The notes beneath the pieces are model-generated. The model searched no databases. It was given only the letters and a program-made list of their open reading frames with translations, and was not told the DNA's origin. 64,000 nt of DNA from Octopus bimaculoides (taxonomy: Eukaryota). The position numbers and the translations under genes are program-made. Location of the stretch: NCBI RefSeq assembly GCF_001194135.2, contig NC_068984.1, positions 84,062,517-84,126,516 of the forward strand, in the 5' to 3' direction. Of the stretch, positions 49,460 through 63,139 are shown piece after piece. Position 1 is the first letter of the stretch; every line of letters begins with the position of its first letter.

Positions 49460-50345
49460 CTGGAAGAATATAACAAACTCCATTTAGATGGTGTGAGTGT
49501 ATGTGCACACATTTTGTTATTTGTTGTTGCAGTTTAACTTGGTCTGCATTGATTAAGTAGATTTATGCTCAAAAGTAATCCAGCTGCAGTTAGCCTGTCT
49601 CTCCCTCTCAGGACGCAATACATGTAGAACTAGTATTACATTAACCAATGTGTTGTTCCTTTTTGTTGAGAAGGTTGATTTGGGAAAATTTAGCTTCTAG
49701 AAAGGCTCTCTCATTGGTAAGCTACCTCATTGGCTTGTGTCATCTGTCATTATGTGGAGGTAGAAGTATAACTAAATCAAATATCAAAGCTATCTAAATC
49801 ATATTTGTGTACCAAGAATATCTTGTCCACTGGGTGAAAGCTTGTTTCTTGTAATTAATAGTGCATCAAGCCACTGAGCAAGGCACTAAACTCTTAATCT
49901 CTCAATAACTAAATAGGTATCATGAAGACGTACAGTTCACAACTGTAAACAGCAGTAGTGTCAATAAAGACTTCATAAATGCTTTGCTAATTTGCATTGT
50001 TAATTTCAAATCCTTCTCAGTATCCCCTCTTTAATCATTTTACAAAGATGATATGAAGTCTTCAGTGACAAACTAGGAAATGACTGTAGCAAAAAGAAAT
50101 GAAGAGAGTTAGTATCATAAAGATTATACTTTTCAATTCTAGAATTTATTAAATAAAGAAATTTAATGTGAGAAAATATAATAATGATGTTAATCTGTCA
50201 GTATAAAGAACCCTGCCAAAACAATCCAACTCTATCACCCTCCCTAACTAAATGAAAATTCACTGTCTTTAAAGGTTAGGAGGATGAAGAGCTAATTCTG
50301 AAACAACTGTGAAGTTCAATCCCTGATCTACAGCTTTGACCACAG

Positions 50346-50387
<42 letters not shown>

Positions 50388-51812
50388 GAATAATAACACC
50401 AGTTGAAACCTTGGTACCAACATTCCCTCTAATTTTCTATGACAAAGATATGTGTTCACAGAATGTATTTAATAAGCATAATTATTGACAAAAGTACATG
50501 CACATTGAATGAATAACAGCATAGTTATTAGATACTATATTTTAGCAACTAACCTCTTGTGCATCATTAGTTTCATTGTCTGTTGGTTACAAAATGTAAA
50601 TGTGCATGCATACACACACACACAGCTCAGAGGGAACATTGCTTGGTGCAGCTACTCTATAGTTAGTGTCAATTGGCAATGTGTAACCTACCAAAAGATG
50701 ATAAAGGCACATCTTTGGTCATAGGTCATTTCAATCAAAGTTGACCTAGAGCTAAATAAACAACAACTGTGATTTAAATAGGAACAGTAACTATAGTTCT
50801 AATTATAGAGTTGAGTGATTAGCAATTAGAAGGATATTCTGTTGTAAAAGTTTGCTTTTTATTTCAATAATGTTTCATGCTGAATATGGTTTAGTATTAT
50901 AAAGCTGACAATCTTGTAGCACTCCTGGAATTGTGATTGCCACTCTAGGACATTGGAACATACAGGTTAAAAAACAGATGGATTAGACACTTAAATCTAA
51001 GATGTTGATTCAGAATGATCCCTATTCAGTTGGTTATCAATATCATGTGCTAATCTATGATACAGCACCGAAAAATATTGTCTTCAGACAATAAGGATTA
51101 CATATTCTTCAAAGCTTCACTCCATTGCTCAGAGTAGCAATGAGTGAAACTTCAATTTCATAAATATGTGTTTGTGTGTGTGTATTAGATATATGTATGT
51201 TTTTGTTCCCAAATGAAAGAGTACTCAATACAGGATGTAGAACATTTTTATTAGGAATTAATTGATGACCAACACTTATTGTTAGATAGACTTTCATACC
51301 ATGTGATCTCATCTGGCCAATTTCAAAGTGACTTGAATGAAAGCATGTGGCATGATACTGAATAACAACTAAGTGGAAGTGAATCATCAACTGACTATTG
51401 GTCATGTGGTTAAGAAGTTTGTTACCCAATCACATGGTTTCAGGTTCAATCCCACTGCATGGCATCTTGGAGGAGTGTCTTCTACTAGAGTAGCTCTGGT
51501 AAATGGAAACTGAAAGAAGCCTGTTGTGTGAGTATATGTGTGTGTATTTCAATATATATATATCTATGTGTGAGTTAGTGTCTCCTTGCCTGGACATTGG
51601 GTGATAGTTGAAAATGACTGCCACTGTGGTGTCCTTTGTTTCCAATTTCTATAAAAACATGTCTGGTCATTGGAAATATCTTACCTGGTAATGGGAAGGG
51701 CATCTAGTCATAGAAAACCTGCCGCAACAAATTTGAGCATGAAAAAGTGTTTGTTAAAATGACGGTGTGTGTGTGTGTATGTATGTATATATATATATTT
51801 ATTTCACTTTAC

Positions 51813-51984
51813 CTATCTTCTGCACAGGGAACAGCCAGTGTGGAGAAAGAGTCCTTCATTATCCATGAAGCAAATACTGTGATGAGCATACTGGAAATGG
51901 TATAGATAAATCCCTGGAGAATATATTGGATGCGGAAGAACTCCAAGACATTATTAAGCCTGGTTGTTGATATTTGAGGAACCA
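51813..51984 (-). CDS. NDC1: NDC1 exon 4 (172 nt, phase 1 to 2)
   Basis: VVPQISTTRL...FSTLAVPCAED, matching VVPSIPCSRL...YSFLVVPC. Confidence 0.93.
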
Positions 51985-52766
51985 CTGTTTAAATGAAACA
52001 GAATATAAACAATATAAATGACATTGAAACATTGAACATGAAGTTCAACACAGGAAGAAGTCATGGGATAAAAAGGTTTATCTGCTACAGATAATTTATT
52101 AAGAAAGGATCTCTAGTTCTTCTGTAAGTTTATAGTGATATTAACTGTAAATTTTCCCCTTCTCTTCAATTGTCTTAAGGTGATATTGTGGAGTTAGCTC
52201 TGGGTCTACTGTTGTAATCATTGGACTATTTAAAAAAGGTGGAAAAAAAAAAAGACTTAGAGGAGGAGCAGTTGTTATTCTCAAAGATATCTGACCCAAA
52301 ATTTTGCAATGGCATGGACTCAACTCACAGCACACTCATGATCTGAATGGTGGTGTTAAACTAGATGACAGGTCCTTAGAGACCTAAAAATGACAACACT
52401 GTTATTCTGAGACAAACCAATACATTAGTGGTTATAACACCAAACTCTGATGGTAAAATAATGATTCTAATTTCAACCCAAAGACAAGTTGAAGGGTATC
52501 AGTAAAACCTTATATTAGGAAAATAGTCTAAAAAATGTATTTAAAAAAAAGGGCAACTCTCAAAATTTGAACAAATATTCAAAAATTACCTACAAGTCTC
52601 TAGTCTGGAGAGGAATTTCTTTCCAAGCAATCTCCCCTGATTAAACAATCAAAAATAATATATCTAATACAACTGTGTTAATGAATTTACTGATTCAGTG
52701 TTTATTAAATATCTAAAATGATTTGCCAAGTGGAAATAATGATATGACAATATTAACAGACTAAGT

Positions 52767-52982
52767 AAGGTGACGAGCTGGCAGAAATGTTAGCACACCA
52801 GGCAAAATGCTTAGAGGTATTTTGTTTGCCTTTACATTCCAAGTTCAAATTCTGCTGAGGTCAACTTTGCCTTTCATCCTTTCAGGGTTGATAAATTAAG
52901 TACCAGTTGCATACTGAGCTCATCTAATTGATTGCCCCACTCTCCCACAAAATTTCAGGCCTTGTGCCTAGAGTAGAAAGGA
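52767..52982 (+). mobile_element. SINE family C, older copy
   Basis: Same head and core as 44104; 17-bp TSD with 2 mismatches (52750-52766, 52983-52999). Confidence 0.88.
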
Positions 52983-54134
52983 ATATTAATGGACTAAGTT
53001 TTCACTGGAAACTGAATTTTGAATCCATTAATTTGTGTTTGAACATATCAGTGGTATTACTTTAGTCGTTTGGATACAACCCACCTGAGAAGATCACTTG
53101 TTTTAAGATACAAAATGGCCCATTTTAATGCACTCGTATTTAAATTAAAACTTTACATCATAATTTTATGCAAGAACTTTTAGTTATGTTCCAAATAGCA
53201 ACTTAATGCACTTGTTAATGACAAAGTTATTTTATTAAATCCATCCGAAATTTTGATTACTTTCAAAATCAATTGAACCATATAAGCAGTGTATTTCATT
53301 AAAAATATAGTCATAAAAGAGTTAATGTTGAATTTTCCCAAAAACTTAAAAACAGAGGTAGATTAAAAGTACATTACCAATAATCTGTTTCAGTCAGCAT
53401 TTCAAGTTTTATTGTACTACTAATTTCAAAGAATTTATTCAAGTTTTTCAAAATTTATATCATAGGCCAGGTGACTTACTTGATTACTTGAAAAATACTT
53501 CATAGATGAAAGCAGCTATTAAAGCCAGGTACAGCCTAAGAGGGCTATACTAATACTGTAATATTTCAAAACTTTTTTATTCTACTCATCTTTGTGTAGA
53601 TATAAACATTCACATTACAAGCACATACATACTATGTGAAAATTTTGATTACTACACAAAGACCATAGGTGAACTAAAACCCGATCAACTAACAGTAGAG
53701 TGTTTACTGATTAGGCTACTAAATTTGGTCAAAATTGTTGTTGACTAATATGGGAGTAATTCTCTAAAATATCAAAACACTTAAGACTTATACCAAATCA
53801 GCAATTTAAATGTAGGTTGAAACAAACCCCAAATTTTCATGAAACTATGTGTGCCATATTGAAGATGTTTCTGAGAAGTTGGTCACCCACCCTGTCCAAT
53901 CCTCTGTACCACCCACCTTACATTCACCTATTTGTACCTTGAGGGTATGGCCTAGTACATCTTTATTACCATACTCTCTCTTTCCAAATGGGGTAACCAT
54001 GTAGCTCCTTTACAGCAAGACACTTGTTTCTCTCCCTCTATCATAGCTTAACCTCTCATCCCCTGACACAAAGCCACCTCCCTCAATACCAATCCCCTTC
54101 TCAGTTGAGGTCTTTGTTTTGCAAGTTACTTGGT

Positions 54135-54335
54135 GATTTTGCTGGAGCTGGTTCCACACAGAAGACATGTAGTACACTCTGTAAAGTGGTTGGCATTAAG
54201 AAGAACATCCAGCCAGAGAAATCATGCCAAAGCTGACAACAAAGCTTGGCACAATACTGATTTGACATCTGTCAAACCATCCAAACCTTCCTTGCATGGA
54301 AAAACTGATGTTAAAAGGTGAATGATGATGATGAT
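54135..54335 (+). mobile_element. RTE-tail repeat (family B), diverged
   Basis: AAAGTGGTTGGCATTAAGAAGAACATCCAGCC...GATGTTAAAAGGTGAATGATG. Confidence 0.75.
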
Positions 54336-54524
54336 AGTCAAGAAATTTCTGAGACTGGCTAAATAACTGCTTAATACTGATGGGGAATTATACCTCACAG
54401 ATGTCATAGCATGACTTAGGCTTGGCATACATGGATGACCCTTCTAGTGAAAAGGAAGTTCAAATTCATGCATGCAGGTATTAGAAGTGATGAAATAACA
54501 AGGGTTTGTTGGTATGGAACTTAC

Positions 54525-54626
54525 CTGTATAGTGATGTGAATTATAGACAGCCAATATGGCATGCAGAGAGACAGCAAGTATAGTAAAACAGAGGGCTCT
54601 TAGAGTGAAATAGGCTCCAAAGTAAT
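54525..54626 (-). CDS. NDC1: NDC1 exon 3 (102 nt, phase 1 to 1)
   Basis: DYFGAYFTLRALCFTILAVSLHAILAVYNSHHYT, a TM segment ending like IFNVEFYA; TTTTTAG / CAG-GTAAGT. Confidence 0.9.
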
Positions 54627-55329
54627 CTAAAAATAACAAGATATCATGGGAAATAATTTTAGAATAATCAGTTTTGACAAGAACATAGATGTTTTATCTT
54701 CAGGACAAACAACACATAAAAATAATAGTAATAGCAGCTTCCTCAAGCCAATTCTTTCTTTCATAAAAATAAAGAAAAAGAAAAGAGAAAAAAACAAAAG
54801 AAAAAGACAAATTAAATAATTGTCCATGAGACATTGTATCTGAATCAGTAATAAACACCAACATAGGTGTAAACAATGACTTTGTTGGTAACCCTGTTTA
54901 ACTGATACAGATTTACTGGAAACTAATAGAACTGAAGAAAACATGGTTAATTCTACCCATTTCTATTCACATATTTATATGCAAGATTATGAGTTATTAA
55001 CTTGTTAGATCTGGGAAAGTTATTTGCCTAAGACAAGTGAGTTATTTAAGGAGGGGTTTCTCTCTTATCACTGCAGATTGCAAAATAGATTAGGAAATAG
55101 AAGATACAGTAGTTATTTTTGGTGTTTAATGCAGTGAGCATTAAAGACAGAAAGTTAACCCTAGTTCAGGTCCTATGCATTTTCAAAAATCCCTAATAAC
55201 AGATTGACAATATTCTTATAATTCTTTATAATGCTACATTTTTACGCCTAAATTTAACCTTTATTAAAAGTCTTTACATCAACTTAAAGCCCTGTGACAA
55301 TCAAGATAAAAAGTTGTGAGAAACTCTAA

Positions 55330-56200
55330 GTCGAAATCCTGTCAGATTTGGCCTTCTCATCTGTACCTGTTCTATGTGTTATAAAAAGGTCGGACACCAG
55401 TTTTTTTATGTTGGTTGTTTATCACGACAACAGGTCGTTGAAATGTGAGATATACTATATCTTTATTTATAATGTTTTCATTCGTAAGTTATAACGAATT
55501 TTATTGTTTATTAATTAAAAGCTATAATGATAATTTCGTTACTTATAACTTAATTATAAGTATTTATCACTAAGCATAACTCTTAGTTTAGTTTAGTTTA
55601 GTTTAGTTTAGGCTGCGTAAATGTTATGATGTATACATGATAAGACGCTGGATGAGCGTTTATTACGTGCATGTATGTTGAAGATATAGATTATATTCTT
55701 TTGACCGTTACACATAAAAAAAATACAGTTTCATTAATATACAGAAATAAATTCAACAAGTTGAAAGAAACGAGAAGTAAAAGGAATTAAGTTTCTACAT
55801 TAATTTATTATATACATATTTTTTACATTATAGATATTTAGAAACAAAGCATTTCATCGTAGAGAATTTACGACTTAAATTTATCATTAACTAGTTTCTC
55901 ATTCTAACTAATAAGGTTTCACGACAATTCAATATTGTCGGATTTGAGTATTGAACATGACATATATATTTGCCTATACTCAAAAGGGTGAGTGTCGCGG
56001 ACTTGAGTAAAACCCAACGAACACTGGAGATTTGGCCGAAAATCAGGGTTTTTATAACTACTCATACACGAATCATAGAACCGTAACCCCGTGAAAGATT
56101 TCTTCAACGAAGTTCATAATTCGTATATGGGCAGTAATTTTTAACCAATGAGAAATCAATAATTTCTCATGTTCGGGCAAACGATCTTACGTTCTCTCTC
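55330..56200. promoter_or_regulatory. CpG-retaining promoter-like island inside NDC1 intron 2
   Basis: About 29 CpG in 880 bp by hand count, against about 4 in 52400-53300; CCAAT box (AACCAATGAG, about 56143) and GC box (GGGCGGG, about 56303) nearby. Confidence 0.5.
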
Positions 56201-57574
56201 TGCCTCTATTGAGTTTGCTACACCTGTAAGGTTTACAGTATAAGCACCAGTAATATTCTGGAATAAATTTATGCAACTACATATGACTTTATAAAGGGCA
56301 GTGGGCGGGATGGCCATAGTTAGAATGTTGATCAAAGGTTTGCTCAATAAAGGCAGACCTAACTTTCTTCCATATATTTCATTGGTATTTTTCACAGAAT
56401 GTGACAGGAGTTCGTAAGATATCACCTTAAATATGCCCACATAGATTACACCAACACAAATAATACAAACACAAAGGAAATGAAATTGACAGAATATAAA
56501 ACTGCATAAAAACTGTCAGAGAAAAGAAAGAAAGACTCAGCCAAAACTAGAAAAGAGAAAATTCTGATGACCCTGAGTGACTATTAACCCACATTTTATC
56601 TGGGTAGAAAGCAGGTATAGAAGTGTGACATATCAAATCTTGACATTTTAACTAAACACCCATGAAAACAGACTTTCATAAGGTCATGACATAAGTATAT
56701 TAATAACTTCCTTTTGTTTAGATATGGGACAAAATAAATGATGAGTGACTCATGAAGTAGGTATGTCATCAAGAAAGACAATATATGAGTGTACATCACA
56801 CACACTGCATTTGTTGTAGAAGCAAGCAAATTTTATATACGCTTGCAAATTCATGAACACACACACACACAGGTGCCAGCATGACTAAGTGGTTAAGCAG
56901 TTCTACTTCCCAACCATGTAGTTTTGGGTTCCATCCTACTGTTTGGCACCTTGGGTAAAAGGTTTCTGCCGTAGTTCTTAGGTGACTGAAGCCTTGTAAG
57001 TGAATTTTGTAGACAGATGCCTACCATGTATGAGTCAGTTTATATTTCCCCTTGTCTTCAGGTGTATTCACTGGTTATAAACAATGGTGTTGTTTGCTGG
57101 CAGTTCACTGCAAAAGGGATCTTTGTAAACAAAAGGTTAATTCATAAGGTGTCATTTGTTTCCAGTTCTTTGTGTAACCATATATCTGGCCTGTTTGTTG
57201 TTTAACAGACGAGGATCTTGTTACCTTACTTGGAAACAGATGGAGATTGGCATCAGGAAAGGTATTTGGCCATGGAAAGCTATGCCCTAATGCACTCTTG
57301 TCTGACTAATGCAAGCAGAGAAAAGCAGACATTAAATGACTTTTTTTACGTGTGTGTGTGTGTGTGTGTGTGTGTGTTAGACCTCTGAACTCAGCACATT
57401 TTATTTCATTCTCTCTCTAGTTATTTACTCTTATTCCTTTCTGTTGAAGAATGTAGGCTTGAAACATAAAAGACTTCTCCATTTTTCCCAAGCATCAAAC
57501 TAATACACTTGCTTGTTGTTCTTACACTTGTCTTTGTTTTTCTATAAATTTGAACTATATATATATATGTGTGT

Positions 57575-57932
57575 AGGAGTGGCTGTGTAGTAAGTAGCTA
57601 GCTTGTTTACCAGCCACATGGTTCTGGGTTCAGTCCCACTGCGTGGCACCTTGGGTAAGTGTCTTCTACTATAGCCTCAGGCCGACCAAAGCCTTGTGAG
57701 TGGATTTGGTAGACGGTGTGTGTATATGTTTGTGTGTCTGTGTTTGTCCCCCCAACATCACTTGACAACTGATACTGGTGTGTTTACACCCCTGTAACTT
57801 AGCGGTTCAGCAAAAGAGACCGATAGAATAAGTACTAGGCTCACAAAGAATAAGTTCTGGGGTTGATTTGCTCAACTAAAGGCGGTGCTCCAGCATGGCC
57901 ACAGTCAAATAACTGAAACAAGTAAAAGAGTA
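57575..57932 (+). mobile_element. SINE family A, near full length
   Basis: Collinear with 48797-49169. Confidence 0.9.
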
Positions 57933-58762
57933 CATCCTGGTACTCAACTAAGAGTCCACCACAACTTAACAATATGTGGACATGAAGTTAGATAAATGAG
58001 CTTATTTGAGAAAAAGTGTATTACTGGAATATGGTACTAAACGCAATTGAAAACAAATAGTTTAATTACAAAATATACTATTGTTCTTTCAATATAAACA
58101 AATTTATATACCAAATATACTTTAATATACACAACCCAAGAATGTCAAAACTTTCATGCTGTAAACATGTTTCAGCATATTTATCATTATTGGATTCAAT
58201 TTCTATAGCCTCATTAATAATTTACTTATAACTAACAATTCAGTTGGGAATAAACTATAACAGCTAAAATTAAAACAAATGCTTTTGTGGAACGAACCAA
58301 TCATAAGCTGAACACTATGAAGGGAGATAAGCAAGTGCATAAGACATTTCTATTTTACAAAATTGATCTCTTGATCATTCACTAATATTCAATAATAGGA
58401 GCATTTGAAGAATGGAAATAGTCTATGATGAAGCTATTTACATTTTCAATTGTCTTTGGAATTGTATCATTGTAATACATTTATTTGTTTCTAACATAAA
58501 TATGTTTTAATGTTTCTTCAATAAACACCTTTTTAAAACTGTAAATAAGAATCTTTTGAAAGTGTTTTTTATTAATTTTCCCGAGAATATTTTGGAATTT
58601 GGAGTTTCTATCTTTCGATATAGCATTTGCTAATGTAGTTTTCATTATTTCAATCCTACCCACCCCACTCCAAATACAAATTCCCAACACATGACCACAA
58701 CAGTTCAGCCATTGTACCAATAATTGTGTAAACCCACAGAAAAAAAAAAAAAAGAAAATTAC

Positions 58763-58865
58763 CTGACAGCTGAAGAAAGTATGTTATAACAATATAAGCT
58801 AGTGAGACAATGATTGCTATGACAGAAGACCACCAAATACTGGCACCACATCGCCAACGATGCAC
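58763..58865 (-). CDS. NDC1: NDC1 exon 2 (103 nt, phase 0 to 1)
   Basis: VHRWRCGASIWWSSVIAIIVSLAYIVITYFLQLS, matching the first NDC1 TM motif VLGWRIVASIVWS; strong acceptor (poly-T...TTTTAG), donor GTAATT. Confidence 0.85.
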
Positions 58866-60339
58866 CTAAAAGCAAAAGACAAAAAAAAAAATATCCCTCT
58901 GAATTATATGTGGCTGAGTTACAAAAACAAACAAACAATTTAACACACGAACTGATTAAGCAATTTTTTTCAAGGTAATGAATAGATATAAATTTTTAAT
59001 CCTTTTGTTACCATATTTCTGTTAAAATACATTGTTTTTGTTTCAATTGATTTAGAAAATAATGAAGAATGTGGTAAAATTATCTGTTAAGATGGTGTTT
59101 AGAATAAGGAAATATTTGGCGCATGTGCGCACACACACACACACACAGACATACACATGTAGAAAACAAATTAAGAGAAAATAACTCAAAATGGGTCAGT
59201 GACATGAATTTTGAAGGGGAGTGTACTGAATGTTGTACATGATAAATTTCTAATTTTTAAAAAGTGCCTTTGCAGACAGAGGAAGTAAATAAAAGCCTAG
59301 TGGTGATTGTGACCAACTCTGAATGTTAGGGAGATAATTTCAAAAAGAATAAAAAATATTTCTTAATGAATTATCATGCTGGAAAAAAAATGACTATCTG
59401 AATTTCATTTAAAAGGCAAGGGACAAACTAGACTTCAAAACAAAAATCATTAACCATTCATTAAGAAATATTAATTTATTCAAATTATCTCCCCTACTTA
59501 TTCAGAATCGTTAAGTTTTGTTTACTAAAATTTATATAAGTTCATTATACCACTGTTTGCCATTTAGATGCTACTGATAATATTAACCTACAACAAACTT
59601 AGATATAGCTATGATGACAGTGTTTGCATTTGGCATGAGGTCAGAAGCAAGCATTCAGTGGGCCCAAGTCTTTGAACTTTGGTCATCAGCCTAGATCAAG
59701 AAGATCCATTACTTTTTATCAAAGCATTCATTTGCCAGGTGCTAGCTGCAGGTCAACTCTGATTGAGCAAACCCATGATCAAAAGCATTGTGGCCAAGTT
59801 GAGCCTGTCTTTTTATGGCTAGTTAAGGCTGTCTTTCCCAAGATGAGTGTGATTTAAAGAAGATTTGGCTGTTACCTTCAGTAGGTTGAGTTACTACACA
59901 CAGACGTTTCCTTCTAACAGATAGATACACATTTTTGATTTCAGAGGTCCTCACAATCTGGTTTTGATTGTTGGTCATTTTAGGAGTAGTTAAGGTCATT
60001 TCATTTCAATTACATTAGTTAATACTCTTTGGATAGGCATAAACACTTGGGTTTCATACTTCAAGCCTCTCCACCAAAAATATCCCATGCCTCAAGATCA
60101 TACCGAAAACAGTTTAGAAGCCAGTTTTGATTTCAAGTATGTGAAGTTATTATCACTTAAAATTACAATGCTAATACCTCTGCTGCTTCTATCTTGAGAA
60201 AAGTATGAAGAGTACAACTTCAAAGTTTCCCCTCCTCTCCCAGAGTCAATAAAGATAAGTTTATGTGCCACTGATTTTAAAGTGTCATGCAGAAGCCATC
60301 AAGACAGAACCTCTACATAATTGCTAGACCTGCTATTAA

Positions 60340-60615
60340 CCCGTTACCTACCAGTGATCTCATATGAGATCACTTAAAAATTACAAATTTCGTAATTATC
60401 CGTCAATATTTACACATATCTAACCTTTTTGCTATATCTACTAGGTATATTTCTCCGATATTCAAATGAGGTTTGCTAATTTTTCACCCAATATCTCGCT
60501 TATTTCTATTTAAAATGTTATTTTGACCATTCCAGTGTGTTTCTAAGGCTGTTTTATGCTAGAAATCAAAGTTTCATAAAAAAATTCCAGTTAATAGAAT
60601 TATGGGAGGTAATAA
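60340..60615 (+). mobile_element. Probable TTAA-type (piggyBac-like) MITE
   Basis: TTAA followed by CCCGTTACCTACC and an internal palindrome; right end degenerate and approximate. Confidence 0.5.
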
Positions 60616-61824
60616 ATAGGAGCAAAATCTCCTTCAAAGAACACAATCAAGGATAGTACATACCAAAGTACATTATTCTTGAAAATAACAGAATTACCAT
60701 GGTTTGAATGCCTTTGATCATAACTTTGCTTGTTAAGTAATGACCTGGGGCTAAACAACAAGAACAGTTACACAGAAAGAGATATTTACTTCTTAACTAT
60801 ACCAACATATTTTTCTTTAGTTTTGTTGATTTTGTGAATTATTTTCTCTTCTTTTTATTAGTTTCCAAGTAACTGATTGATAAACAAGCAAGTAACTACT
60901 GCAGGGCAGAAATAGCCAGTAACCATACAAGTTTATCATAAGCACACACACTACATATTATATTCTATGTGTCAATGATAGAATTTGTCTAAATGTAAAC
61001 AAGGCTGTGAGTGTGTACAAATATCACATATACATATATGCACACCTCACACATGCAAGTGTATATCACACACACACACACACTGAAATTAATTATTCTC
61101 ATTTGATACTTTGTAAAATGTTAAAAAAATATTTTTTCTGAGATAAAGCTTTCAAGACAGCCTTAGGAACAAGCAGTTTTTCAGTCTGGTGATTAACACT
61201 GTGGTTCTCAATCTTTTTGACTTTGTAGTGGCACACAGGAGATCAAATTATTGAGACAAAAAAATTACTAGCACACTTTACATGGAAAGTTAAAGAAACA
61301 AACTGTTATTAAAGTTTAAATTTTATGAAGAAATGTTGAAAACTATTGCTTATAATGCTATATAAATTATATGACAGCAAAATTAACAATAATGTGGTTT
61401 TCAAGACACTCAAGCATTAGACTGGAATTTCTAAACCATTTTTAATTTAATTTTTTATTATTTATTTCTAAAATTCCAGAGTACACCTAGATAGCTTTTT
61501 GATGTACCACTGCACTGTTCAAGAACCACCATTCTAGGGAATCTACTTCTATATTCTACTTATTTTGATGACCTTAGAAAGATAACAAGCTAAGTTAACT
61601 AACTAGAAGGATGAAATTAAACAGCAGTATAATATTGATTTCAAATTTTGGGACAAGGCCAACAATTTTAGTACTTATTCTATCGGCTGTGAAAGGATGA
61701 AAAGCAAAGTTGATCATAGCAAAATTTAAACTGAAAATGTGAAGACGGATGAAATACTGCTAACTATTTTGCCCAGTATTTTAACAATTTTGCCAGCTCA
61801 TTGCCTTAAACAGTGATATGATAT

Positions 61825-62172
61825 TCATCATCATCATCATCGTTTAACGTCCACTTTCCATGCTAGCATGGGTTGGACGATTTGACTGCGGACTGGTGAA
61901 ACCAGATGGCTACACCAGGCTCCAATCTGATTTGGCAGAGTTTCTACAGCTGGATGCCCTTCCTAACGCCAACCACTCCAAGAGTGTAGTAGGTGCTTTT
62001 ACGTGCCACTGGCACAAAGGCCAGTCAGGCGGTACTGGCAACGACAACGCTCAAAATGGTGTATTTTATGTGCCACCCGCACAAGAGCCAGTCCAGGGGC
62101 ACTGGCAACGATCTCACTCGAAAGTCCTTACACATGCCACGGGCACAAGTGCCAGTAAGGCGACGCTGATAG
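61825..62172 (-). mobile_element. RTE 3' UTR copy (family B) with 2-3 tandem units
   Basis: (ATC)n, TTTAACGTCC, GGATGCCCTTCCTAACG, then TTTTACGTGCCAC units. Confidence 0.9.
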
Positions 62173-63139
62173 TGACTAATACATTCAGTAGTGGATTTTC
62201 CAAGGTAAATTATGTCTCAGAGACAGTGGGACAAGAGCAGGTATCTTGCTGAAGAAATGAATACAAACCTTGCCCATCTGGGGATGGGAGGTGGGGGAGA
62301 GATATGTGAAGTCAAGGTACAAGGTGAACATGAAAGACAAAATAGGATAAACAGAAAAGGTGAATGAGTAGGTAGACGAGCTGGAGTGAGAGTAGCATAA
62401 CAAAGTGACAAAAATTACATACCATACCTACCCACCCACACACAATTTGTCCCCTGAAATGTTTGTAAACCAAAACTATTTTTCCCATAGAAAATTCATG
62501 AGGAGGCATGGTGAAAATCGAGCACTGACTTGTATGTTGATTATTTTGAGACACTGTTTATCACCCAAGACATTTTATGTTTGAAACATTGTTTGTAAAC
62601 AGAGCTTTCAATAGACATACCACACACACACGCACACAATGGGTTTTTCCACGATTTTTCTCTATCAAATACACTCACAAGGCATTTTGTAGGCTTAGGG
62701 CTACAGTAGAAGACACTGGTCTAAAACCACATGGTTCCAAAGTGAGCTTCTTAACTACACAGTCATGCCTCCACCAATATAAAGGGGAAAAAAAAAGGTA
62801 TTCCTTGTTGTGACGTAGAGTAAACTGCAATAGTTTGAGCAAGTTGTATTGCTTTTGCCGCCTAGCTTGTTTATTTTAGAAGTTTTCATGGTAATTACAT
62901 TAAAAGCAAACAACACAATGGTGAAAACAGGATCTATTGGATGTGTCATGTTAACCAACATAAAATGTAGGGCACATTTGAGCTAGGCATGAAGGTCTGG
63001 CACTACTAGTAGTAATAGTAGTAATGGTTTCTAATTTAGGTAGATGTCCAGCAATTTTGAAAGGAAGGGCTGGACTTAACTGTTACCATCAACCTTGGCC
63101 TGATTTGAACTCAGACATAGCTAAATATTGCAAGATATT

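Noticed and set aside
54627-54944. 105-aa hydrophobic ORF next to exon 3
   Set aside because: Driven by poly-A/T runs, overlaps the exon 3 acceptor, no similarity recognised.
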